In this document: positions 1 through 6,818 of the stretch, one piece after another
Position numbering within the stretch: the stretch's first letter is position 1
Layout: each line of letters starts with the position of its first letter
NCBI GenBank assembly: GCA_041306005.1
Contig: JBFYKJ010000062.1
Span: 1 to 15,026, forward strand
Direction of reading: 5' to 3'
DNA: 15,026 bases
Source: Candidatus Altiarchaeota archaeon
GTDB taxonomy: Archaea > Altiarchaeota > Altiarchaeia > JAFGQM01
The notes under the pieces: generated by a model
Seen by the model: the letters and a program-made list of their open reading frames with translations, nothing else
What the model was told of the DNA's origin: nothing
Database searches by the model: none
Program-made: the position numbers and the translations under genes

Positions 1-161
1 TGTTCGTCGTTTTTGTACTTATCGGCCGTTTGCTCGTTTTTCGGGTATAGGCGCTGAAAGACCTCCCGCACGCTGGGCCTTTTGCACCTGGCCCAGGTAT
101 GGTTTATTATTCCCCGTATGCGTATATGAGGTTTCATACGTGTAATCCGCCAGTTGGTCTC

Positions 162-1283
162 CTAAGTCACAACCTCGGAAAGCTTCTTCCTCTTAATCGC
201 GCTCTTTATCTCGAGGGCTATCCTTCTTCCCACTGACATCTCCTGCCCCCAGAGATAGCCCGAGTAAGGGGTGAACTTCGTCCCCGGGGACCCCTGCACC
301 CTCAGGCTTATGTCAAAAGTTACCGCCCTCTCTTTTGGCGGCCCGGGGAGGAACGTGGCCTGCAGCGCGAAGGGCCCGATTATCCCCGGCGCATATTCTT
401 TTTTCGAAACCTCGACAAACCTTTCCCCCAGGTCAAAGACCTCCTCGAGGAGCGACTCCTTTATCGTGCACGCGACGTGCCCGGCCTCGATGGACTTGAC
501 CTCCATGTGCCTTAACGCTTCCATCTGCTGCGGGGCGGGCAGTCTCAATATCCCGTCAAGGTTGGTTTGCCTTCTCATATCCGTCCCGAGCAGCTCCAGC
601 CTGTCTTCCAGCGGCGAATAGAAATAGTTGAAGTTCACCTGCGCGCCCATGACGAACTCCTCTATCGCGGCCTGTTTTAAACCCTCGGCGGTTATCCTCC
701 CGTTGTCTATGAGCTCGCTGGACTTGTCGACGAACTCCGCCGGGGAAGAGCAAAGGAAGAACGCCCTTTCATAAGCCCTCTGCGCCTCGGCGACCTTGAC
801 CAATACGAGCCGGTCGATGTCCTTTGCGCTCTTGAATACGCGCGGGTAGGGTATCCCGGCTTTTTCCATGAGCCAGTACTGGTTCCTCGGCGCGTGGCGC
901 TCCTCGGCGCGCAGCATGGTCCTTGACCCGAACAGGGGGACATTAAAATCGTTCTCTATCGCGTCGTAGCCGACGTACACCTCGAATGACCTGTGCGGCA
1001 AGAAGATGGCCTTCTTCGAGTTCAGCTTTTTCACGATCTCGGGCTTGGCCACATCTGAGAACTTGCCGAGTATAAGGGTCTCGTCCACGACGCCGAGCTT
1101 GCCCTTCGTCTTATAATACTCATCGTACGTCTTCTCCCTTCCCCTCTCGCACACAACCAGCGTCCTCAACCCCTCGTCCTTCGCGCCCCTGCAGATGTCC
1201 AGGGCCGAGTGCGAGCCGATGGCGCCGATGGCGGGCGCCGCATATTTCGCCGCAAGCCTCTGCATGTCTTCCCTTTCGATCAT
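162..1283 (-). CDS. purP: 5-formaminoimidazole-4-carboxamide ribonucleotide (FAICAR) synthetase PurP, formate-dependent, ATP-grasp, archaeal purine biosynthesis
   Basis: 373-aa ORF. The N-terminal motif IGSHSALDICRGAKDEGLRT...GREKTYDEY followed by an ATP-grasp-like body is characteristic of the archaeal PurP family. Stop is TAG (revcomp at 162-164). A 24-nt gap to the upstream gene suggests co-transcription. Confidence 0.75.
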   Translation of the reverse strand: MIEREDMQRLAAKYAAPAIGAIGSHSALDICRGAKDEGLRTLVVCERGREKTYDEYYKTKGKLGVVDETLILGKFSDVAKPEIVKKLNSKKAIFLPHRSFEVYVGYDAIENDFNVPLFGSRTMLRAEERHAPRNQYWLMEKAGIPYPRVFKSAKDIDRLVLVKVAEAQRAYERAFFLCSSPAEFVDKSSELIDNGRITAEGLKQAAIEEFVMGAQVNFNYFYSPLEDRLELLGTDMRRQTNLDGILRLPAPQQMEALRHMEVKSIEAGHVACTIKESLLEEVFDLGERFVEVSKKEYAPGIIGPFALQATFLPGPPKERAVTFDISLRVQGSPGTKFTPYSGYLWGQEMSVGRRIALEIKSAIKRKKLSEVVT

Positions 1284-1307
1284 CTTGGTAACCCTCGTTG
1301 CCGAAAA

Positions 1308-1760
1308 TCAGCCCGCCTTCTTCACGCTGATGAAAAGCTCCTTGTCAGCCAGGCCGTCGTTGTTAATGTCGAACTCGACCTTGAACCTGCCAAGCTCCCC
1401 CCTCGCCGCCACGCGAAACTCCCTCTTTATCGTGTCCCCCGGGGCCATCTGCGGGATGTCCTGCGAGGTCGCCGACATGTTGGCCAGGTTCGGCGACACC
1501 CGCATCGCGATGTAAGCATCTGACAGCGACTTGCCGGTGTTCGTGGCGTCGACGGTTATCCTCGTCCAGCCGGTCGGCTCGATGGTGGACTTCTCCACCG
1601 AAAAGCAGGCCTTTGTGCCGCTCTTCTCGACGCAGTCGCCGTGTACAAGGACGTTGAAGAACGCGAACATGGCCACGAGCAGGACGGCTATGGCCGCGAA
1701 TACCATCAGCCCCATTATGTTCTTCCACCTTATCCGCCGGATGACGTCAATAGCGCTCAT
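1308..1760 (-). CDS. Membrane-anchored hypothetical protein: N-terminal signal-anchor TM helix plus a CARDB/DUF11-like beta-sandwich ectodomain
   Basis: 150-aa ORF with a hydrophobic segment LMVFAAIAVLLVAMFAFF. The ectodomain carries the motif TVDATNTGKSLSDAYIAMRV, which parallels WVEIRNPTGSAMEDVIVTVKA in the neighbouring gene. Codon usage is genome-typical. A leaderless promoter TATA sits on the minus strand at 1781-1790. Confidence 0.6.
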   Translation of the reverse strand: MSAIDVIRRIRWKNIMGLMVFAAIAVLLVAMFAFFNVLVHGDCVEKSGTKACFSVEKSTIEPTGWTRITVDATNTGKSLSDAYIAMRVSPNLANMSATSQDIPQMAPGDTIKREFRVAARGELGRFKVEFDINNDGLADKELFISVKKAG

Positions 1761-1780
1761 TTTTGGCCTCGCATTCCACT

Positions 1781-1790
1781 GCTTATAAGC
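1781..1790 (-). promoter_or_regulatory. Palindromic TATA box GCTTATAAGC for the 150-aa membrane protein gene (leaderless)
   Basis: Centred ~25 nt upstream of ATG (revcomp at 1758-1760). It sits in the 31-nt gap after the upstream gene stop. Confidence 0.5.
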
Positions 1791-1791
1791 T

Positions 1792-2658
1792 TCAAATCCG
1801 TATGGTGTTCCCGCTCAAATCCTTCGCCCCTATCCTGACCTTCAAAGTGGCCTGCGCCGTGCCCAGCATGCCGTAGCTGTCCGACACCTCGGCCTTCAGC
1901 ACGTAGTCGCCGTCGTCGGCAGTGCCCTCGATTGTTATCGGGAAGAACAGGTTTCGCTCGCCGCTCGCCTCGAGCTCGTAGACTTTCTTCAGCGAAATCC
2001 TGCCCTCCTCAAACCTTATCCCGCTCATCTCCGGGGCCTTGACAGTCACTATCACGTCTTCCATGGCGCTCCCGGTCGGGTTTCTTATCTCCACCCAGAG
2101 CCCCGCGCTGCCCCCAGGCGGGCTGCTCTCCTCGGGCGTCACCCTCGCGGACACGGGCAGCGAGCCCGTGCTGCCGGGGGGCCTTTCCTCACCGGACTTC
2201 TCCTTGCCGACAAACGATATGGCTATTATCACCGCCACGACGGCGATGACAAACAGCGCGACGACCGCTTTTGTGTCCAGGCCCTGGAAGAGCTTAGTCT
2301 CTGATCGGATGATGGCTACTTTCTCCTCCCTGGGCCTTGCCGCGCGGCTCTCGGCTGCAACCGCCTCTTTCTTCTCAAGCGCCCTCATGCCCGGCTTGTC
2401 CTTGAGCTGCTGTATCCGGGCTTCGACTTCCCTGAGCTTCTCCTCGTACTCGAATATCTTATCCTGCGCCTCTTTGTCCCCCAGTTTTTTCTGGTAGTAT
2501 GACAGTTTGACGTGCTCTATGGACTTCTTCAGCCGCATGCGCTCTACTTCGAGCTCCTTCAGGGCCGCTTCGAGGCGGTGCTTCCGCGGGCCGGCGGTCA
2601 GCATAAGGAATAGGATGAACAGCGCCACTACAGCCAAGACAAGGGTCAGAGCGTCCAT
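1792..2658 (-). CDS. Two-TM coiled-coil membrane protein with a C-terminal CARDB-like beta-sandwich ectodomain (paralogue of the neighbouring gene)
   Basis: 288-aa ORF. TM1 is aa ~5-22. A charged heptad-rich coiled-coil segment (EAALKELEVERMRLKK...EVEARIQQLKDK) follows, then TM2 (AVVALFVIAVVAVIIAISFV), a Pro/Ser linker and a beta-rich domain. The minus-strand TATA TTTTTATTG at 2679-2688 lies 26 nt upstream of the ATG. Confidence 0.6.
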   Translation of the reverse strand: MDALTLVLAVVALFILFLMLTAGPRKHRLEAALKELEVERMRLKKSIEHVKLSYYQKKLGDKEAQDKIFEYEEKLREVEARIQQLKDKPGMRALEKKEAVAAESRAARPREEKVAIIRSETKLFQGLDTKAVVALFVIAVVAVIIAISFVGKEKSGEERPPGSTGSLPVSARVTPEESSPPGGSAGLWVEIRNPTGSAMEDVIVTVKAPEMSGIRFEEGRISLKKVYELEASGERNLFFPITIEGTADDGDYVLKAEVSDSYGMLGTAQATLKVRIGAKDLSGNTIRI

Positions 2659-2739
2659 CGGGGTTTTAACCGGGCGGGCAATAAAAAGGGGGCATAGGGG
2701 TTTTTCGGTCTTGGGTCCGCGGTCTTGCCGGCAGCGGCC

Positions 2740-2970
2740 TCAGACGACGGTCTCGGCGTATATCAGCGCGACCGCGAAGATGACTATCCCGCCGGTGACC
2801 ATCATGGGCTCCCTCCATATCAGCCCGCCGAGGACCATCACGCCGCCGAATATCACGAGGAACGGGGGTATCGCTATCTTGTAGCTGCCGGCGTAGAACG
2901 TGAGCGCGAGTATGAGGACGAATACCGCTATCAGCATGTCGTGGGCATGGCCGGCGCCTTTCCTGTCCAT
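2740..2970 (-). CDS. Small 2-3 TM membrane protein (76 aa), hypothetical
   Basis: ORF carrying hydrophobic helices LIAVFVLILALTF and FLVIFGGVMVLGGLIW. The minus-strand TATA TTTTTAT at 2992-2998 lies 25 nt upstream of the ATG, so the transcript is leaderless. Confidence 0.45.
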   Translation of the reverse strand: MDRKGAGHAHDMLIAVFVLILALTFYAGSYKIAIPPFLVIFGGVMVLGGLIWREPMMVTGGIVIFAVALIYAETVV

Positions 2971-3059
2971 GTGAGATTAACGGGTTGTAAGATAAAAATC
3001 GGGAGGGGGGTTATCCGCGCTTTTCGCAAGGCCCCTTGATAGGCTATTTAGATGTAAGA

Positions 3060-3072
3060 ATCCAAAAACCCT
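3060..3072 (-). terminator. Oligo-T (T5) archaeal-type terminator immediately after the aminotransferase stop
   Basis: Minus strand reads GGGTTTTTGG beginning 2-3 nt after the TAG stop (revcomp at 3074-3076). Confidence 0.5.
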
Positions 3073-3073
3073 A

Positions 3074-4219
3074 CTACTTCCCAAGCCCCTTTACCCTCTT
3101 CATACGGTCAAACGCCTCGCCCAGTGTCTCTATGTCCGCGTTCCCGTAGCTCATCCTGATGCAGCCCTTCCCTCTTGACCCGAACGGGGAACCGGGCACA
3201 GTCCCCACCCCCGCTGCAAGCAGCTCATCCGCCAGCTTGATATCGTCCTTCCCCTCGAAGTACGGGAAGATGTAAAAAGCGCCGCCCGGCCTCACGCAGG
3301 TGCAGTCGAATTCCTTAATCCTCTCCATGGAATAATCCCGCCGTTTTTTGAATTCAGCGCACATAGTCTTGGCCGCCTCCTTGGCCTCGTGCGTGAAGCA
3401 GGCCATCGCGCCGTACTGCGCGAAGCTGACCGGGTTAGAAATAGACTGTTCCTGTATTGTCGTGAGCTTGTCTATCACCGAAGCATCCGGGCACGCCGCG
3501 TATCCCAATCTCCAGCCGGTCATCGAATAGGGTTTAGAAAAGGCGTTCACCGTTATCGTCTTGTCGTAAGCCGCGCCTATGCTGAAGTGCTTCTCATCGT
3601 ATATGATGGTATCATAGCACTCGTCGGACACGAGCCACATGCCGTTCTGCTCCGCGACCTTGATTATCTCTTTCAAGACCCGCTCAGGATAAACGGCGCC
3701 GGTGGGGTTATTCGGCGTGTTTATTATCGCCATCTTCGCCTTTGATTTGTCCAGCTCGCTCATGAAGTCGCCGTCCGGGACAAAGCCGTTCTCGGGTTTC
3801 AGCGGGACCCAGACGGTGTGCCCCTCGGCGAGCTGCACCATGCTCTCATAGCTGACCCACGACGGGTCGGGGATCGCGACCTTGTCGTTTTTGTCAATCA
3901 TCGCCATCATTATCTCGAAGAGCACGTTCTTTGCCCCCATGCTGACAAGTATCTTTTCCTTGTCAAGGCCCCTGATGCCTTTATGCGCCAACTCCCCGCA
4001 GATCTTTTCCCTAAGCTCCGGCATCCCCTTTGTCGGCCCGTAGTGGTGCTGGCCCTCGTCCAGTGCTTTTTTCGCGGCGTCGACGATTATCCTCGGCGTG
4101 TCAAACCCGGGCCTGCCTATGGTCAGGTTTATCACGCCCGGCTTTCTTGCAAGGGCGGCGTACTTGAAGGTGGCCGAGGGTTGTACTCCCGTTACCCTTT
4201 TTGCAAACACCCCGGTCAT
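3074..4219 (-). CDS. PLP-dependent aminotransferase, class I/II (aspartate/aromatic aminotransferase-like)
   Basis: 381-aa ORF. Contains the PLP-lysine motif NAFSKPYSMTGWRLGY and the N-terminal motif INLTIGRPGFDTP. The internal NTPNNPTG is a common AAT-fold sequence. An oligo-T terminator follows the stop on the minus strand. Confidence 0.8.
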   Translation of the reverse strand: MTGVFAKRVTGVQPSATFKYAALARKPGVINLTIGRPGFDTPRIIVDAAKKALDEGQHHYGPTKGMPELREKICGELAHKGIRGLDKEKILVSMGAKNVLFEIMMAMIDKNDKVAIPDPSWVSYESMVQLAEGHTVWVPLKPENGFVPDGDFMSELDKSKAKMAIINTPNNPTGAVYPERVLKEIIKVAEQNGMWLVSDECYDTIIYDEKHFSIGAAYDKTITVNAFSKPYSMTGWRLGYAACPDASVIDKLTTIQEQSISNPVSFAQYGAMACFTHEAKEAAKTMCAEFKKRRDYSMERIKEFDCTCVRPGGAFYIFPYFEGKDDIKLADELLAAGVGTVPGSPFGSRGKGCIRMSYGNADIETLGEAFDRMKRVKGLGK

Positions 4220-4252
4220 TTTTGGATTCGGTGGGTGAAGACGGCCAGGCGT

Positions 4253-4852
4253 CTACCTAGCCTTCTCGGCGCCAATGCCCTTGTTCCTAAGCCCCCGCGT
4301 CTTCTTGCCCGAGGAAGTCAGCCCCCTGTACGCGCGGCCCTTCTGGGTGTTCTCGCATATCCAGGATATCTCCTTGTCCGCCGTTATGTGCGGGTTGTGG
4401 GGGTCGACCAGTATGACCTCGAAGTACTTGTACATCCCGTCTTCCCAAAGCCAGTATGAGCCGAGCACCTCGCAGTTCGGGAATTTCCTGTTCGCGCGCT
4501 CCTCGGCGACGCTCTGCTTGCTCTTCTCAAGAGTGGCGTAGTAGTATTCCTTGGACGGTTTCCTTCCACCGGACGTCTGGCGCCTCTTGCGGTTCCCTTT
4601 CTCGACGCGCGCGATGGCGGCTACAAAACCGGGCTTGTCCTTCCAGCCAAGCTCCCGTGCTCTCCATGCCTTAAGGGGCCTCTCTTCGGCCGAGATCGCT
4701 TCGCCGTGCCTCCATTCCTTGCCGCGCGCTATCCACACGGACTTGAGCTCCTTCACTGCCTCCTTGTAGGCCGGCAGGTCTTTCTCCTTAAGTGCGAGGA
4801 CAGCGTCCCTGTGCCTCGGCTCTATGGCGGTCAAAAACTTCTTTTCGTTCAT
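4253..4852 (-). CDS. rpl15e: 50S ribosomal protein L15e
   Basis: C-terminal block VAEERANRKFPNCEVLGSYWLWEDGMYKYFEVILVDPHNPHITADKEISWICE...YRGLTSSGKKTRGLRNKG is diagnostic of L15e. I placed the start at the internal Met (MNEKKF...) rather than the ORF-track start at 4936. The extra 28 upstream codons are Arg/Cys-rich and overlap a palindromic hairpin region. Confidence 0.8.
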   Translation of the reverse strand: MNEKKFLTAIEPRHRDAVLALKEKDLPAYKEAVKELKSVWIARGKEWRHGEAISAEERPLKAWRARELGWKDKPGFVAAIARVEKGNRKRRQTSGGRKPSKEYYYATLEKSKQSVAEERANRKFPNCEVLGSYWLWEDGMYKYFEVILVDPHNPHITADKEISWICENTQKGRAYRGLTSSGKKTRGLRNKGIGAEKAR

Positions 4853-5027
4853 TTTTGGCTCCTTTTTCCTGCACTGCGTGCAGGAGCCCCCGGCGGTGCG
4901 CCGGGGTTTTGGTTCGGGCTTTCGCCCACATTCCACGCGGAGTAGAAAGAAACCCTCAGGGTTTCTTGACTCACAGGATATCCGCCGCAGAGTGCGTCCG
5001 TGGCAGAAATCGTTATGTTTGAAGCGA

Positions 5028-5041
5028 AGCTTATAAAAAGG
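5028..5041 (-). promoter_or_regulatory. Minus-strand TTTTTATAAG element: candidate TATA box for rpl15e and/or oligo-T terminator for the upstream DUF373 gene
   Basis: Minus strand reads CCTTTTTATAAGC, 45 nt downstream of the DUF373 stop and ~180 nt upstream of the rpl15e ATG. The same AAGCTTATAA core recurs at 1781-1790. Confidence 0.45.
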
Positions 5042-5085
5042 CTAACAAGGGCCGTTAAACAGCCCGAACTGGCTAAGCGCGCCGC

Positions 5086-6552
5086 CTATATCGACTGCAC
5101 GACAAGCGCCTTCCCGTCCTCTTTCAGCTCCTCGAGGGGGAAGTACTTCCTCTTGATCATGATGCCCTTGACTTCGGTCCCGTGCATCGCTATCGCGGTG
5201 ACCTTGCCGAGCTTCTTGCCCTTCTTCGTCACGACCTCCCTGCCGATGTAGGCCTTCTCCAGCTCCCTCTTCCTCGCTATGTAGTCGAAGAAGATGACCT
5301 TGAGCAGGTAGTGGACGACTATCATCACGACGATGGCTATCAGCACCGCTATCATGAGCTCCTGCATGGCGACCGAGGAGTTCGCCGCTATCTGGTCTCG
5401 CGTCAGCCCCCTGCTGACTATGTGGTTCGAGTCGCTCTTTACGTACAATATCGCCTTGTATAAGCTGGGGGAGACGTACCTGAAGAGCATTACCATCATC
5501 AGCAGGTACAGGTATTTCTTGACCTTCAGGTACTGTTTAAGCAGGAAGTTGTGGGTCAAGAAGCCGACGCATATCAGCGTCACGGCTATGAGCATTAGGT
5601 CGAGCGCCCTGCCCTCCGGCAGGAGGAGCGCAAAGTTGGTGGAAAGCAGGGGGAAATTTATTATGGCGGCGCTGGTGCTGGTCGGCTGGAGTCCAAGGGG
5701 GTTGCCGCCCCTGCAGACCTCGTTGCCGTTCGCGTCCGCGACGCAGTCCGGGGGTATTATAGAGCCAGGCTCGTATATCTGCCCCAGGTTGCCGTGCAGC
5801 TGCAGGTAGCTGGATATGCCGCCCAGCGCGAACATCAGTATGGCCATCGCGGTGAAGACCCTGTAGATGTTCCCCTGCATCAGCGAGTTCTTCATCTCGC
5901 CCAGCCCGGCGAACAGCTGATTGTCGTAGCCGAAGCCCTTCGCGAGCAGGTATATGCCGAGTATCGCCACTATGAACTGGCCTATGGGCAGGCCGAAATA
6001 GGAGAGTATCGCCATGAGCAGCAGCAGCAGTCCGGGTATGCCGAACATGACCTTTGCCTGGCCGGGGTTCTCGCTTATCCTGCCGAAGAAGTCTATGACC
6101 TTGAAATACGCGCTCTCGAGCTGCTTCGCCTGCTTGACCGTCACGTGCCTGACCGACAAGACCTTCGTCTCGCTCTGCAGTATCGGGAGTATCTCGTCGT
6201 CCTCCGCCCCGTCAGTCACGAGCACGACGCCCCCCGGTTTGAACTCCTCGAGGACTTTAGCCAGCTGGTTGCCCAGCTTTAGGTCGCTCTTGACGCCCAC
6301 CTCCCTGTCGCCGGTCAGGGTTACGACCTCGACGTTTTTGTACAACCCCCCGCACTCGCGCTTGGCCTTTATTGCGGCGAGCATTGCGTTGACGTCCGAG
6401 TCCTCCGGGTCGGCCATGGCCAGGGCTTTAGCCGCCTTGAAGTTGTTGTCCTCGCCTATGACCGGGCCCTTGACGCCCGCTTTCTTCCCTAGGTCGTCGT
6501 CCCTGTCCACGCACAGGACGAGGGCTTCGACCTTTTTGTCGCCTGATGGCAT
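5086..6552 (-). CDS. DUF373-family archaeal integral membrane protein with a C-terminal PRC-barrel-like domain
   Basis: 488-aa ORF. The N-terminal motif LVLCVDRDDDLGKKAGV is the DUF373 signature as I recall it. About 6 TM helices lie in the middle. An extracellular Cys-containing loop is present. The C-terminus YIGREVVTKKGKKLGKVTAIAMHGTEVKGIMIKRK resembles a PRC barrel. Confidence 0.6.
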   Translation of the reverse strand: MPSGDKKVEALVLCVDRDDDLGKKAGVKGPVIGEDNNFKAAKALAMADPEDSDVNAMLAAIKAKRECGGLYKNVEVVTLTGDREVGVKSDLKLGNQLAKVLEEFKPGGVVLVTDGAEDDEILPILQSETKVLSVRHVTVKQAKQLESAYFKVIDFFGRISENPGQAKVMFGIPGLLLLLMAILSYFGLPIGQFIVAILGIYLLAKGFGYDNQLFAGLGEMKNSLMQGNIYRVFTAMAILMFALGGISSYLQLHGNLGQIYEPGSIIPPDCVADANGNEVCRGGNPLGLQPTSTSAAIINFPLLSTNFALLLPEGRALDLMLIAVTLICVGFLTHNFLLKQYLKVKKYLYLLMMVMLFRYVSPSLYKAILYVKSDSNHIVSRGLTRDQIAANSSVAMQELMIAVLIAIVVMIVVHYLLKVIFFDYIARKRELEKAYIGREVVTKKGKKLGKVTAIAMHGTEVKGIMIKRKYFPLEELKEDGKALVVQSI

Positions 6553-6775
6553 CTCTGAAACCGCAGGACGGGCGGCATTATCAGCCCTGTTCTGCGTTAG
6601 CGCTTATTATCGTTAATTATATAGTCTGTGATTAAAAAGCGGCGGGTTTTGGGGCAGCGGGGACAATTCCCTCCATCTTCCCGGGCGTTGGATGGAATAC
6701 CCCGTTTTAGCGGCCGCCCCCCGTGCGCCCCCCGCCGCCCCGCAACCCCCTCTCCAAGCCGCATTCGCATTCCCC

Positions 6776-6790
6776 AAAAGCCCTTTTTAA
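6776..6790 (+). promoter_or_regulatory. Archaeal BRE/TATA (AAAAGCC-CTTTTTAA) for the SPFH gene
   Basis: TTTTTAA at 6784-6790 sits 27-30 nt upstream of ATG 6819. A purine-rich BRE-like tract lies immediately upstream. Confidence 0.55.
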
Positions 6791-6818
6791 GCCCCCTCCG
6801 GCTAAAATAACATCCAAC

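Noticed and set aside
1-137. Possible minus-strand partial ORF beginning at ATG (revcomp 135-137), MKPHIRIRGIINHTWARCKRP..., open to the window edge 24 nt after the purP stop
   Set aside because: A-ending codons and low GC3 are unlike neighbouring genes. It contains a hairpin (CTGGGCC...GGCCCAG at 72-96) and T-tracts more consistent with a terminator region. It is too short to judge, though a real small basic protein cannot be excluded.
4853-4936. N-terminal 28-codon extension of the rpl15e ORF (MECGRKPEPKPRRTAGGSCTQCRKKEPK)
   Set aside because: L15e homology begins at the internal Met. The extension overlaps the palindromic hairpins and has an atypical Cys/Arg/Pro-rich composition, so it is probably leader RNA rather than protein.
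6628-6810. 60-aa Pro/Arg-rich plus-strand ORF and the 89-aa minus-strand ORF (6707-6976) in the divergent promoter
   Set aside because: They translate the C-tract / G4 region and have nonsense composition. The TATA box for the SPFH gene lies inside them.
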